Source of the DNA: Lytechinus pictus
Lineage: Eukaryota
Length of the DNA stretch: 64,000 nt
Assembly (NCBI RefSeq): GCF_037042905.1
Contig: NC_087251.1
Span: 11,658,001 to 11,722,000 of the forward strand
Reading direction: 5' to 3'
Position numbers and translations under genes: made by a program. The notes under the pieces were generated by a model. That model made no database searches and had not been told where the DNA came from. It saw only the letters and a program-made list of their open reading frames with translations. Shown in pieces: positions 13,515 to 27,537 of the stretch. Positions within the stretch are counted from its first letter, which is position 1. Every line of letters starts with the position of its first letter.

Positions 13515-14314
13515 TTATTAATGAATATAGTAGGACTATACTGATTATTGTACATGTAATAACAAACAATAAAATGACTTACAATATAATTCATAAAGTA
13601 TAGGCCTACATGTGCTTGTAATGTCTGAAGTTATAGAGATTTTTTTTTTTTTTTTGGGGGGGGGGGTTACATGTAGGTTGAATTATGAGCTTTAGCAGAG
13701 ATGATCAGATTTAATACATGATGAAGATTTCAAGCCTGATGGTGTGTTGATTCAACCAATATCTCTCTCCATCTTCCTGGGGCAAGTCTTCTTCACGATC
13801 ATCACAATCTCTGGTGCCAGTGAACTCCTTTAGTCAGAAAACACATCAAAACAAATTGTTGGGACTATTGCACATTGAATTAGAATTCCCTGTATGCATA
13901 TGCCATTATGTTGTTGAGGGGGATAGAGGAAAATATGAGGGGACAGCGATATGCTCGCCCGTGGAAGCCACGAAGTGCGTTGATCAATTAAGCAGCCCCG
14001 TGTTATGCCTTGTATAAAATGAGCTGAAAACCCACAACAAATTAGAGCGATAATCTGGTTAGTTAATTGTTAGAATGGTATTACCAGAGAAGATGTTTGT
14101 TTGCTATCCCAGTTAATGATGTCTGATGTTGCATTGATGAGGCATGACCAAAGCCTCACATGATTGAAGTCTGTGCAGGGTAGGAAATAATTTTCTTTTG
14201 AGGGGCTATCTCTTTTTCCACATTGGGTTGATTGCAGAATTTTGGGGGCTATTTCTCTCACTTTAATGGCTACTTTTTAGGAGGTAACAAACAAAAACCC
14301 ATGTAACAGTACCT

Positions 14315-14339
<25 letters not shown>

Positions 14340-14345
<6 letters not shown>

Positions 14346-15941
14346 CATGCTCAGTGTCCGTCTGTCCGTTAACTTTTCCTTGTAAACGCGATAACTTCAG
14401 TTTGACTTAACCTAGGCTCATATAATTTGGTGTGTATGACACTAGCATGGATCCCAGGAAGCCTATTGATTTTGAGGTCCAAAGGTCAAGGTCACACTGA
14501 CATGTTTTCATGTTACCCTTCTGCAGTCCTTGTAAACTCGATAACTTCAGTTTAACTTAACGTAGGCTCATATAATGTAGTATGTATGATACTAGCATGG
14601 ATCCCAGGAAGCCTATTGATTCTGAGGTCAAAAGGTCAAAGGTCAAGGTCACAGTGACATATTTTCATCTTACCCTTCTGCAGTCCTTGTAAACTCGATA
14701 ACTTCAGTTTAACTTAAAGGAGAATGAAACTCTTGGAGCAAGTTAGCTTTTGTGAAAGCAGAAAAATCAAAGAATAAGATCAACAAAAGTTTGAGTAAAA
14801 TAGGACTAGCAATAGAAGAGTTATGAGCATTTGAATGTCGAGATCACTAATGCTATGGAGATCCTCCTATTGGCAATGCGACCAAGATCTATGATGTCAC
14901 AGATGAACAACTCTCCCCTTTTTGACACTGAAAATATACCCCAAAACATCTCTTTTTGCTTATTCTAATCATATGACAAACGATTCATCAATGATATAAT
15001 GTTGTGAAACCTCTGTACTTGTCCTCTCATAAAGAGAACACCTCACCTTGTGATAGATTCTATAAAAGTGAGAATATAAGTGAAATAAGTACTAAAGTAA
15101 TGAGGGAGTTGTACGTGTGTGACATCACAGATCTTGGTCGCATTGCCAATGGGAGGATCTACATGGCATTAGTGATCTCAATATTCAAATGCTCATAACT
15201 TTCTTATTACTCATTCAATCTTCCTCAAACTTTCAACAATATGTTTCTTTGATTTTTCTCTTTAATATGGATTCAGCTGGTTTCAAGGGTTTCATTCTCC
15301 TTTAACGTAGGCTCATATAATGTAGTATGTATGATACTAGCATGGATCCCAGGAAGCCTATTGATTTTGAGGTCAAAAGGTCAAAAGTCAAGGTTACAGT
15401 TACATATTTTCATCTTACCCTTCTGCAGACCTTGTAAACGCGATAACTTCAGTTTAACCTAACCTAGGCTCATATAATTTGATATGTATGATACTAGCAT
15501 GGATCCCAGGAAGCAAATTGATTTTTGAGGTCAAATGGTCAAAGGTCAAGGCCACAGTGACATATTTTCATCTTACCCTTCTGCAGTCCTTGTTAACGCA
15601 ATAACTTCAGTTTAACCTAACCTAGGCTCATATAATTTGGTGTGTATGATACTAGCATGGATCCCAGGAACTAAGCCTATTGATTTTGAGGTCAAAGGTC
15701 AAGGTCACACTGACATGTTTTCATCTTACCCTTTTGAAGTCCTTGTAAACGCGTTAACTTTAGTTTAACTTAACCTTGGCTCATATAATTTGGTGTGTAT
15801 GATACTAGCAATTCTATTAATTTTGAGGTCAGAAGGTCAAAGGTGAAGTCGCCACCTTCCACTTTTCTTGCTTGACCAATAACTCAATTTTCCGTGTTAC
15901 GGACGGGCGTATTATGTTCTAGCCTCAGCCACACTCTTGTT
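14340..15941 (+). mobile_element. Helentron/HINE-like family C with 150-157-bp tandem units
   Basis: Begins in poly-T with gtccgtctgtccgt microsatellite, tandem units carrying gaggtcaaaaggtcaaaggtcaaggtca, ends acggacgggcgta...cttgtt. Confidence 0.75.
14718..15301. mobile_element. Kolobok/T2-like MITE, 584 bp (copy 2, inverted relative to 264-847)
   Basis: Inserted at the TTAA of host unit tttaacTTAAcgtaggc with the TTAA duplicated. Confidence 0.92.
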
Positions 15942-16127
15942 CAATAATTGAGTTCAACTTTCAAGTTAATTTGAATCTAATTTTGACCCAAAGTAGTCCT
16001 TGCAGAGACTGAATTATTTTCTTTAGCTTGGTATGTAATAGGATACTGCTCAAAATGCATGGAAATATGATGCTTGAAATATCAATGATAATGATGATAA
16101 TGATGATCATACATGTATATTAAATGA

Positions 16128-16440
16128 TTTTTAGCTCATCTGGCCCGAAGGGCCAGATGAGCTTATGCCGTGGCATGTCATCTGTCGTCCATCCACAATT
16201 TCAAAATGCTTCTTCTTCATCATTTCAAGTCCGATTTCAATTCCATTTGCTTTATATGATAGCAATATGTGGGGGATTCAAAATTTGTACACAGAATTTT
16301 GAAACTCATTAAATATGCTAATTTATGCATATTTTTCAAAACTCACAAAAAATGCGTATTTATTTGTTCACTTATTTTGATTTTGATTTTTTTTTGTTCC
16401 ATTGGAGAGCATCATGAGTTTCACAAATTCTAATTCTGTT
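16128..16440 (+). mobile_element. 5' part of HINE-like family D
   Basis: tttttAGCTCATCTGGCCC-GAA-GGGCCAGATGAGCT perfect 14-bp hairpin followed by a tcgtc-type microsatellite. Right boundary approximate. Confidence 0.65.
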
Positions 16441-16677
16441 TCCTCAATTTATGTCACCAAAATGATTCACTACAGTGTCAACTGGGCTGAAATTAAAACT
16501 TGTGTTATATTTTGTTGCAAGATGCCCGCTGAGCTCCACATCATTGATGTGCCAGTCTAGAAAATGCAAGAAAAATGTAAGACTTTCAAATATATGTAAA
16601 AAGTGAACATCTTTTCTTTGATAAGAAGATAAAATAATTTCATCACTTGCTCTGTTATAAAAAAACAAGGCAAACTC

Positions 16678-17210
16678 ATATGCAACAGTAAGTCACTTTT
16701 TAACCAAACTTAGGTTGTTGATGTACTGAGGGGACCTGCATGTAATGCTGCAGTCGGAGGCCACATGGTAAGGTCAAAGGTCATTTTCAGGTCAATGTTA
16801 AAGTTTACATGCAAGACTCTTATGACTAATAAGTCTGCAACCGTAAGTCACTTTTCAACCAAACTTAGATGGTAGATGCACTTAGGGAAAGGTCATTTTC
16901 AGGTAAACGTTAAAGTTTACATGCAAGATTCTTATGACACATAACTCTGCAACCGTAAGTCAATTTTAAATCAAACTTGGTTTGTAGCTGTACTTAAGAG
17001 ATCTGCATTGTGTTCGGAGGTCACATGGTAAGGTCAAATGTCATTTTGAGGTCAATATTAAAGTTTACATGCAAGACTCTTACGACAAATGTTATTCCAT
17101 CCCAGTTATTTCACAATGAACTTTTGATATAATTCTGTTGCGTGCCCTTGCAAATTGCGATATTTCTGGTCATTTTCACAAGTGGGTGAGACACATCGCT
17201 TATGCCTTGT
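16678..17210 (+). mobile_element. HINE family A, 5'-truncated
   Basis: Same tandem unit and 3' end gtgggtgagacacatcgcttatgccttgt. Confidence 0.8.
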
Positions 17211-18458
17211 TTGTTTGTTTTTGTTTTCTATGTCAATGGATGTTGACTTAACATGTCTATAATTCAATTTAATGACTTTGATAATTATTTGTCTCATTCA
17301 CCTTTGTAACAGAAACAAAAAAGGGAAACTGCCTGTCATGAAATGAGCTAATGTCCATATTTTTTCCTTCTTACTCTATAAATTCAAATTATATTTTGAA
17401 AATGACATTAATCTAGACATGTTAATTACAATATACATGATCATCCTATTAGAGGTATAGAGCATTTTGCATTGCATGCAATCTCTGAGGAGCAGGGCAC
17501 ACAAATAGACGCAAACAAGCACCTCAGCGTAATATGCATGCATGCATGTATCCATGCGTGCATACATAGATGTACTACCCCTGTCAATCCAGGCATCCAG
17601 TTGGGCATGATTCAGCCCCTCCATACCAGGCAAAGGATCTTCCTGTTTACAACAGTCTGCCAAAGTAGAGGCTATTTTAAGAACCCAGATGCTGAGTAAT
17701 TGTACTATTTGAACAGTTAAGCACATCCTACCCTGGTTTGTCCTCCACATGCTTTAAACCTCTTTCTCCTTGTGAGCGTGATTTTGTCTTTCCTTCTGTT
17801 CAACTCTATTATATTTTCCACAATATTGTATTTGCCTTATGATAATCTTTCCTACAATGAGTACATAAATGGGCATGACTTTTTCTTTTACTTCTCCACA
17901 AATATTTTACCCCTAATTCCGTCTCTTGCCTTTCTGACATGATTTTGGTCGTACTACCCAGCAGCTCAAGTATTGTGAGCAATATTTTGGCTTTGCTTCT
18001 GGGTAGCTTAATTTTATTTACTTTAATATTGTCTCATCTTTACTGTTGAAATAGAAAAAAAATAATCACATTCTCCTCTGTCTCTTCCTCCACTGCGTTG
18101 TCCTTTGTTCTTTCATCCTCCTTACAGACATAATTTTAGCCTTTCTTTCAGCTATTAAACTCGAGTATGAATTGGAACGAAATTTCGGATTTGCTGGGAG
18201 GTCTATTGTTTTCTCTTCCATATTGTTTTTTCTTTACTTTATTATGAAAACAGAAATGATAATATTCTCCTTTGTCTTCTGCTCCACTCCATTATCCCTT
18301 GTTTTCTCATTCTCCTTGCAGATATTCTTGCAAATATAATTTTGACCTTGCTTCCAGGCAAATCAAGTATTCTCTTCATTTGTTTCAATTGTATTTATCT
18401 AATCAATTCATAGATCTATATGTCCTCATCACACTTTATCCCTTACATGTATGTCTCC

Positions 18459-19588
18459 TTTTTGTCCTGCCCACCAGAGGTGAAGGCGAGACTTAGGGAT
18501 CCAAATGTCGTCCGTCCGTCACAAATCTAATGACACATAACTCCACAACCGTAAGTCGCTTTTTGACCAAACGTGGATGGGAGATGGACTTGGGGGACCT
18601 GTATGTGATGCTGCAGTCGTAGGTCACATGGTAAGGTCAAAGGTCATTTTCAGGTCAACGTTAAAGTTTACATGCAAGACTCTCTTATGACACCTAACTC
18701 CGCAACCGTAAGTCACTTTTCAACCAAACTTGGATGGTAGATGGACTTGGGGGACCTGCATGTTAGGCTGCAGTCGGAGGTCACATGGTAAGGTCATTTT
18801 CAGGTCAACGTTAAAGTTTACATGCAAGACTCTCTTATGACACCTAACTCCGCAACCGTAAGTCACTTTTCAACCAAACTTGGATGGTAGATGGACTTGG
18901 GGGACCTGCATGTTAGGCTGCAGTCGGAGGTCACATGGTAAGGTCATTTTCAGGTCAACGTTAAAGTTTACATGCAAGACTCTCTTATGACACCTAACTC
19001 CGCAACCGTATGTCACTTTTCAACCAAACTTGGATGGTAGATAGACTTGGGGGAACTGCATGTAATGCTGCAGTCGGAGGTGACATGGTAAGGTCAAAGG
19101 TCATTTTCAGGTCAACGTTAAAGTTTGCATGCAAGACTCTCTTATGACACCTAACTCCGCAACCGTAAGTCACTTTTCAACCAAACTTGGATTGTAGATG
19201 GACTTGGGGGTCCTGCATGTTATGCTGCAGTCGGAGGTCACATGGTAAGGTCAAAGGTCATTTTCAGGTCAATGTTAAAGTTTACATGCAAGACTCTTAT
19301 GACACCTAACTCTGCAACCGTAAGTCACTTTTCAACAAAACTTGGATGGTAGATGTACTTAAGGCGACCTGCATGTTATGCTGCAGTCAGAGGTCACATG
19401 GTAAGGTCAAAGGTCATTTTCAGGTCAACATTAAAGATTACGTGCAAGGCTCTTATGACAAGTGTTATTCCATCCCAGTCATTTCACAATGAAGTTTGCG
19501 ATACAATTATGTTGCGTGCCCTCGCAAATCACAATATTTCTGGTTATTTTCATTAGTTGGCGAGACACAAAATCGCTTTTGCCTTGTT
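18459..19588 (+). mobile_element. HINE family A, full length (about six 150/157-bp units)
   Basis: 5' hairpin, gtcgtccgtccgtc microsatellite, tandem array, 3' subTIR; T-rich flanks and no TSD. Confidence 0.85.
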
Positions 19589-22500
19589 ATTAATAATGAG
19601 CATGTGTCACCTAAATCGAGCCTGACAATTGTAAGGACCTCCCTCATCACTGATGTAAAAAAACCTGGCCAAGAAACTATATTCTTTCTTTTTTTAATAG
19701 TAAAATAGCAAATAGTAAGGACCTCCCTCATCACTGCTCTAAAAAAAACCGGACGATCAACTACTTTCTTTTTTTACTTGGTCTAATTATGATTGAATCA
19801 GCTGCTGAAGCAGTGAGTTTGATTTTCAATTTTTAACAAATTAAGATGCTAGATTGATGCCATACTAAAGGACACTTTGGTATTCAAGCAATACAAAAAA
19901 AATGCTTGATGTCTTTTTAAAAAACTGGATTTGGAGACTGCTTTGGAGAGATAAAAGAAACCTAATCTAAAGAAAGCCCTTATAGCTCAACCCATTTTAT
20001 ACTGGCACAGGCTGCAAATCCCAGATGATGGCATTCCCTGTACATGTATATCTTATGATGATGTGAATGTACTGCATAATGTAAGGGACTAGACTGCATG
20101 GATTGGCCTCAAAATGGATTTCTTTGTGCTAATGCACATACAAATACTGGAACTGATTGCCTTGCCAACAATGGTTTTCATGTAAAACTTTCACTTTCAC
20201 ATCAAGTTAAACATTATCCTCTAATACTAACCCTCTTCCATATCATCCTACATGTAGTAGGACTCACCAAACCCTGAAACAAACTTAAAATGATTCATAC
20301 ACTTTGTTCTGATTTAAAAATTCTCACATTGGTTCTTGAAAATGGGCTAATAACATAAGGGTTATATGTAAAAATACCAGTCCATAAGTTTCAAAGTATC
20401 ACATCTAGGCCTACATGAAATATTATTAAAACTTTGGAGCTGTAGACCCAAATGAATGAGGGTTGGTTTCAATGACCTCTGGATGAACCCAGCATGACCT
20501 AAGTAGGAGTTACACACAACAGAAGGCAGTCACCACAGCCAACAGACTTTTTGAATTTGAGAAAACTGGGCACAGCTATGCGTCTCAGAGACGCTTATCA
20601 AATTCAGGCTGATAAATTGCTATTTGTGTCTAAATTATAGTTTTTCATCCAATATTGTGGTGTGTTTTAGAAGTTTTGAGGACAAATGCAAGCACTCATA
20701 AACATGTTCCATCTTAGTTTGATAAATTTTTTTAATCAGCTGCTCACAAAATTAAACGATCCCTTTAACCTGAAAAGTGAAAAATTATCATAAATATACC
20801 CATGATGTGGACTATGTAATATTTGGTCCTTCAGACAGAGCAACCATTGGGCCAGATTGTCAACCTTTTGTCCCTTCTTTTCATTCATTCTTTTATTATG
20901 AACAGAGAATCCCATGCATATGCTCCCAGTGATGCCCAACTCTTTTGACACCAGTTAATTAGCTAATCTTTATAATCTGAACAGGGTATTATTGCTCATC
21001 TTTGGAGGAGAGGGAGGGGGACTAACCAGTGAATCAGCTCCTAGAGATGAGGGACAAGACCTTCCTGTTTACTACATTCTGTCTGCCTGCAGTCTGACAT
21101 TTCCCCCTCCTCAATCTCTGTCCCCATTTCTATCCAAAGTTCCCTTGACCTGGCCTTCTTGGTACCAAGTTACATGCTGGTAAAGGCAATTGCTGATGAA
21201 TGTAAAGATGTTCCTTGGATTTGAATAGACTCTTTAGAGAGTGTTGTAATGTAATACACTAGGTGCTAGTATTGATCAAAGCAACAGACTAATACTAAGT
21301 ATACTTCACTTTCCAAATGGTTTCATGATGAGAAGTGGCATTATAGTATAGCTCCTCCATACAGTGAGTGTCTTACCCTCAGGAAAATTGTTCACAGTAA
21401 TAGACAATAGAATAATTTCTTTCAAGAATCTAAGATTTAAAATACCCAGTCTTGGGTTCGGTGGTTTAAAATTACAATTTTTCTTTCTTTTTTTAAAATC
21501 TAAAGACTTTCTTGTCCATCACTTTTAATGATATCAAGGCATTGTTTCTTGAGAGATTTCAAAAGCAAGTCAAAAATGTCAATCATCATCAGAGTACATG
21601 TCTAGTCAAAGCATTGCAATTAACCTTTTATCATGACATCTTCTATTAAAGTCATTCCCTTGCATTAAAACCTTATGTAATTATTCTACCTGTCAGAGTT
21701 TCTCAAATTGCCACTGGGACATGAAGTCCATTAGATCCATTCTTTGAACTTCACATGACGGCACTCAACTCTTCAAAAATGGCTGATTTTCATCTGAACT
21801 GTTGTATCAGTCAGTCTGCGTACAAAGTATACCTTTAGTCTCTTCCTGAAAATGCTAAGAGTAATTCTGATTTTTAATCTGGGGGAAAGTCTTGTTTATT
21901 TCTTTTCAATATCAGAAATGTAATATTTTCATTACAAGGATGCAGTAAAATAAGCTTTGTATTTCTACACATTGACTTTGCCAAAAAAGAAAAATAATAT
22001 GTTTCAGATGTCCATGAACTTCTAATATGCAGTAAACATGTAGGTCTATATTTAAAGTTTTATCAGCAGTATTGTATCATTAATCGTGGCATTTTGTACA
22101 GAATAAACAGGGAAAATGATGTTGCAATTTCTCCCTTTATTTATATTTTCAAGTGAAGAATAAAGACACAGCTTTTAAGAAATGAATCGTAAACTTCCTT
22201 GACAGGAATGAATATCTTGGTGAGTTTGGCAAATAGTGGCAAGATTTAGGCTCATTTTTATTGATATTACAATACATTTTGCACTGATGTATGATACTAT
22301 GTATCACAATATGAAGGTTCAGATGACCCACACTGATATAAATTTGGGCATTGTCTTACTCTTGAGTCTCTTACAGTCTTACAATGTATGTACATGATTT
22401 TTCATTGTATCTTCATTGTTTTAAAATATGAACATATTACTTTAAGAGCTTTGGTTTTCAGAAAACAACAGAAATACCTTTTTCAGATATATACAGTATG

Positions 22501-24790
22501 GGGTATGAAAATTATGTGATACATCCAAAGTCTTGATTGTTGCTGATAGATTTGCAATTTTTTTCTTTGAGGGGGGGGAGACATGTGGCTGTAAGAAAAA
22601 TTATTATGCTTTCGCTGTTACCACTTTGATATTGATGAAGGAGATAGAGCTCGAGGGAAGTTATCTGTGAAGAGCATTGCTCCCACCTGTCAGACATTTT
22701 CTACATTACTCATCCCCACTGTGGATCTCTGCCAATGTGACAAGTCATGAATATATCATCTTCTTTTAATCTCTATTTATGCGCATGATGCAGCATATTT
22801 TCTTGGTACGGTCTTGAACTTGTTTTTCCCCATCTCATGTGTGTATTGAAATATGTTTGTAAATGTTTTAGTGGAGGTGATGGATGAAGGGATGCAGGGA
22901 ATCTTCCTAAGGTGGATTGGAATATGAATATAAATCGGTTGAAGAAAAACAAATTATGCATCTGCTACATGTAGCATACATGTAGTCACACATGGCATAA
23001 TTCTGTTTTTGTTTTTGAAGGAAAGCGTATGTTTCACAAGATATAGCAACAACACAAAGCAAAGACATTGATTTTTCTCCCTTTTTTAACATGTGCAATG
23101 TGCTATATGATGGGACTTCTTAAAAAATATTTTTCACATGAAATGAAAATGCATTGGCCTTTATAAAAAAAAAATTATTTATCCTTAAGAAGGATTGTGC
23201 AGGAAATTCATTGAATATTACTCATTTCTGTTATCAATTTTAACAATTACTCTCATCATAATTTTTTTTTTAGTTATATGCACTTTGGTCCAGGTATTTT
23301 TTCTATTTGGCTTATTTATTTTTAAATCCAATATCCAACATTAATTACAATTCTGTTTGATCATGTTAAATTTACTGAACTTTTTCATTATCTATGCTTA
23401 TCAGTAATGTTATTTCCTTATATGATCAGTTCCAACCTATTGATGCAATCGATGTTGATTACTTCCAATGTATTGATTATATTGGTTGTACGTGTGTAAA
23501 TTTTTATATACATGCAAGCCCTGTTGAATTTATATTTCAACGATTTATTAATTTCATTTATTTATTTCATTTTTTCATTGTGTTAAATTTTGATTTGCTC
23601 ATGCAGAAGCAATCAAGAAACTATTTTGTCTACAAGAAGAAAAAAACAAAGAAAAGGAGGAAGGGAAATTAATTAATGATACTATAATATACAATATACA
23701 GCTACATATTCTCTGCAGAGTCACTCTGAGAAGCTCTGTACATGCACATGCTTGTGCATAACAGATATTTCACTATTAATATACTATTGACACTTGGATA
23801 ACAAAAAAAAATTGGATGGCAGAAAGCTTGTTTTCAAATACCGGAATATTGAAACAAAAAATTATAATTGTCATTAAATAGATTTCTCTCATGCATTGCT
23901 GACCTCAATATATAGCAAACAAGAACCCCTCTTGTTATCCCCACAGGGCATTGACCGAAGTAATCTGTGCTACATGTATGAATTATCATCGGTTACAAAA
24001 CAGCAGAGTTGTTTACAAAGATGAAACCTAAAGTATTGCATATCAATTCATTATGTCAACTGCACGACGACGCAGCGAGCTGTGTGTCTGGTTTTACCCT
24101 AGAGGGTTGCCCCTGTTTTAGCACGCACTTTATTTGTCTTGTCATACGGGGTGTTTTCATTGATGTTTAAACATAGGTAGTTGCGAGCTTGCATAAGCGC
24201 TTATTTTTTTTACAATGTGTTACGATACAGTGTTATTTTTGTTTGGTAGGAGGTGCATTTCTTTTCAACCATCACAGAAAATTCAGGATTGTACTTAAAG
24301 CAAATCTTATGTCAGTTTTGTATTGCTGCCCAATTTTAGTGATCAACATTATTTGATTTACTTCATTTATTATTATTACTTCTTATTATATTATTTGAAT
24401 TACAAATTTGACCTAATATCCTTCCAGGTTATGAATATCATATTATTTCTTTTCAAAAGCTGTCATTTAATTTTGGGAGGCTGTTATTTTTTGCTGTAGG
24501 GGTTTCTTTTAATTTTTGTTTCTTGAGGCATTATTCATTTCATCTGAGAAAGAATTTAGAATTTGCCAAGTCCCTAAGCTGTGGTTCCAAATGTCGTGTG
24601 GAACATGTGACTCCACTGAAAGCATTCCCATAGCAACAAGACCACTATACAGTTCAGGAGATGGTGTTGAGGATGCCAGCGAATCGATCTTCTAAACTGG
24701 TTTCTAAAACTGGTTTAAGGGTAACCAGTTCAAGGAAGTATACTGAGAGAATGGGTTCATTTATTAGATAGACTCTAATTGGACTATATG

Positions 24791-27291
24791 CAGTGCGTAT
24801 AAAAAAAAACGGAACAGATTTGAAAAGTCTATAAAATTTTTGTTTCAAATTATGATCTCTATATTTTGGTGTCAATAGGTGCTCTGGAGTCTTATCCTTC
24901 AAATGCCATTAAAATAATTTAGTTTCGTTCATGCTTGAGCGAACACGGAATGTTTTTGTCTGGGGTTAAAAGGGAGGCTTGCGCCAAAATGGCATAAAAT
25001 GATAAATATGATGGTCGGACTTCTTGCTAATCAGCAGACTTCCTCTTAACCTTTTCATTATCTTTGCCATAACTTTCGAATTATGCGGTCAAAATTCATT
25101 TCCAAATCTACTTATTTGCTTGAATAGTTCTGTTGTTGTTCCTTTTTAATATGTTGTCTTTTAGCTGTGAATATTCCTGCTTTAGGAACAATGAATTTTT
25201 AAACCAAAGTATGGGAGAGCATGTTTTTTTTCAAATCCTTTCATTGTGTGCTACAAAGGTTATGGTGCCTTTGAACAGTGGCATACTAATGGGTGAGGGT
25301 TCGGGGTACTCCTCCCCCCCCCCCCCCAATAAAAAATCATGACCAAGGACAAAAAAAGTGGAAAGGAAAATAACAAAAAACATAGAAAGTGAAACATGAT
25401 ATAATTTTTGTCTCGCCCACCAGAGGTGAAGGCGAGACTTAGGGATCCAAATGTCGTCCGTCCGTCACAAACCTAATGACACATAACTCCACAACCGTAA
25501 GTCGCTTTTCAACCTAACTTGGATGGTAGATGGACTTGGGGGACCTGCATGTTATGCTGCAGTCGGAGGTCACATGGTAAGGTCAAAGGTCATTTTCAGG
25601 TCAACGTTAAAGTTTACATGCAGGTAAACGTTAAAGTTTACATGCAAGACTCTTATGACACATAACTCCGCAACCGTAAGTCACTTTTCAACCAAACTTG
25701 GATGGTAGATCGACTTGAGGGACCTGCATGTTATGCTGCAGTCGGAGGTCACATGGTAAGGTCAAAGGTCATTTTCAGGTCAACGTTAAAGTTTACATGC
25801 AAGACTCTCTTATGACACCTAACTCCGCAACCGTAAGTCACTTTTCAACCAAACTTGGATGGGAGATGGACTTGGGGGACCTGCATGTTATGTTGCAGTC
25901 GGAGGTCACATGATAAGGTCAAAGGTCATTTTCAGGTCAACATTAAAGTTTACATGCAAGACTCATATGACACGTAAGTCACTTTTCAACCAAACTTGGG
26001 TGGTAGATGGACTTGGGGGACCTGCATGTTATACTGCAGTCGGAGGTCACATGATAAGGTCAAAGGTCATTTTTAGGTCAACATTAAAGTTTACATGCAA
26101 GACTCTTATGACACCTAACTCCGCAACTGTAAGTCACTTTCCAAAAAAACTTGGATGGTAGATGGACTTGGGGGACCTGCATGTGATGCTGCAGTCTGAG
26201 GTCACATGGTTAGGTCAAAGGTCATTTTCAGGTCAATGTTAAAGTTTACATGCATGACTCTCTTATGACACCTAACTCCGCAACCGTAAGTCACTTTTCA
26301 ACAAAACTTGGATGGTAGATGTACTTAGGCGACCTGCATGTTACGCTGCAGTCGGAGGTCACATGGTAAGGTCAAAGGTCATTTTCAGCTCAACATTAAA
26401 GTTTACGTGCAAGGCTCTTATGACAAGTGTTATTCCATCCCAGTCATTTCACAATGAAGTTTCGATACAATTCTGTTGCGTGCCCTCGCAAATCACGATA
26501 TTTCTGGTTATTTTCATAAGTGGGCGAGACACAAAATCGCTTTTGCCTTGTCTGAATATTATGTCAAAATCTCAAAATTTGATATTTCAATAAAAAAGAG
26601 AGGAAATTTTTGCTTGCTCACTTCACAACTTTTTAATACATTTTACCAGATCTGCCATATCTTGCTCCATTAACTCAATACACCATTGCCATTGTAAAAC
26701 ATGAATCCTTTCCTGTTTGTCCTGTCAAGCACATAATTAAACTTGGTGAAGGATTCAATATCCCCTTGAAAATAGGATTCATGTCTTTTATAGGTACCAT
26801 AACATAATTTGTTTCACATAATAAAACGATTTGAATAATTACAAATTCTCCCAATTAATAATGCAAATCTTCTCACTTGGGTTGACAAAAAGTCTTCTTT
26901 TCTTACTTATGAAGGAAAATTTAAAGGTAAAAGAATTTTAAATGAAAAGCAATACAATTCAGGTAAATAAATAAATTTGTAAAAGAAATTTGACAGCATT
27001 ATTCGAAAATTATGGCAAAGATAATGAAAAGATTAAGAGGAATTCTGTTGATTAGCCAAAAATCTAATCATCAAATTTTTCATTTCTGCCGTTTTGGCGC
27101 AAGCCTCTTTTTGAACCCCCGACAAAAAAAGTCCCGCGTTCGCTCAAGCATGAACAAAATTTATTTTTTTAAATGGCATTTCAAAGATAAGATCTCAGAG
27201 CATCTATTTACATCAAAATATAGATATAATAATTTCAAACAAATTTTTTATAAACTTTTCAAAACTGTCCCAGTTTTTTTTATACGCACTG
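24791..27291. mobile_element. Tc1/mariner-like non-autonomous element with ~300-bp TIRs, hosting a HINE
   Basis: CAGTGCGTATAAAAAAAA...TTTTTTTATACGCACTG|TA; arms ~24791-25095 and ~26990-27291 are complementary. Confidence 0.8.
25405..26551 (+). mobile_element. HINE family A, full length
   Basis: tttttgtctcgcccaccagaggtgaaggcgagact ... gtgggcgagacacaaaatcgcttttgccttgt. Confidence 0.87.
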
Positions 27292-27537
27292 TATAGACTA
27301 TAATTAATTAAAATTGATAATTGGTATCAGTGCTACTTGTGAAAAGTTACTTCATTATTTTAATGAAACACATTTACAATAAAAATTACCATCATTATTT
27401 ACAACAAAAAAAGCTTTTGCAATAAAGTAATGTAGATCATCATGTGCATTCGTAGGTTTAGGCTGCATTTAAAAGACTTTTACCTGTGTAAAATCAGTTT
27501 CAGGAAAATGTTAATTTCAAACCACGGTTGTGTTTAA

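Noticed and set aside
16133..16163. Perfect 14-bp hairpin as terminator or miRNA
   Set aside because: Explained as the 5' stem-loop of a HINE-like element; too short for a pre-miRNA.
25728..26673. Recurrent GGHMVRSKVIFRSTLKFTCK ORFs
   Set aside because: HINE tandem units; frames break between units and no Rep or helicase motifs are present.
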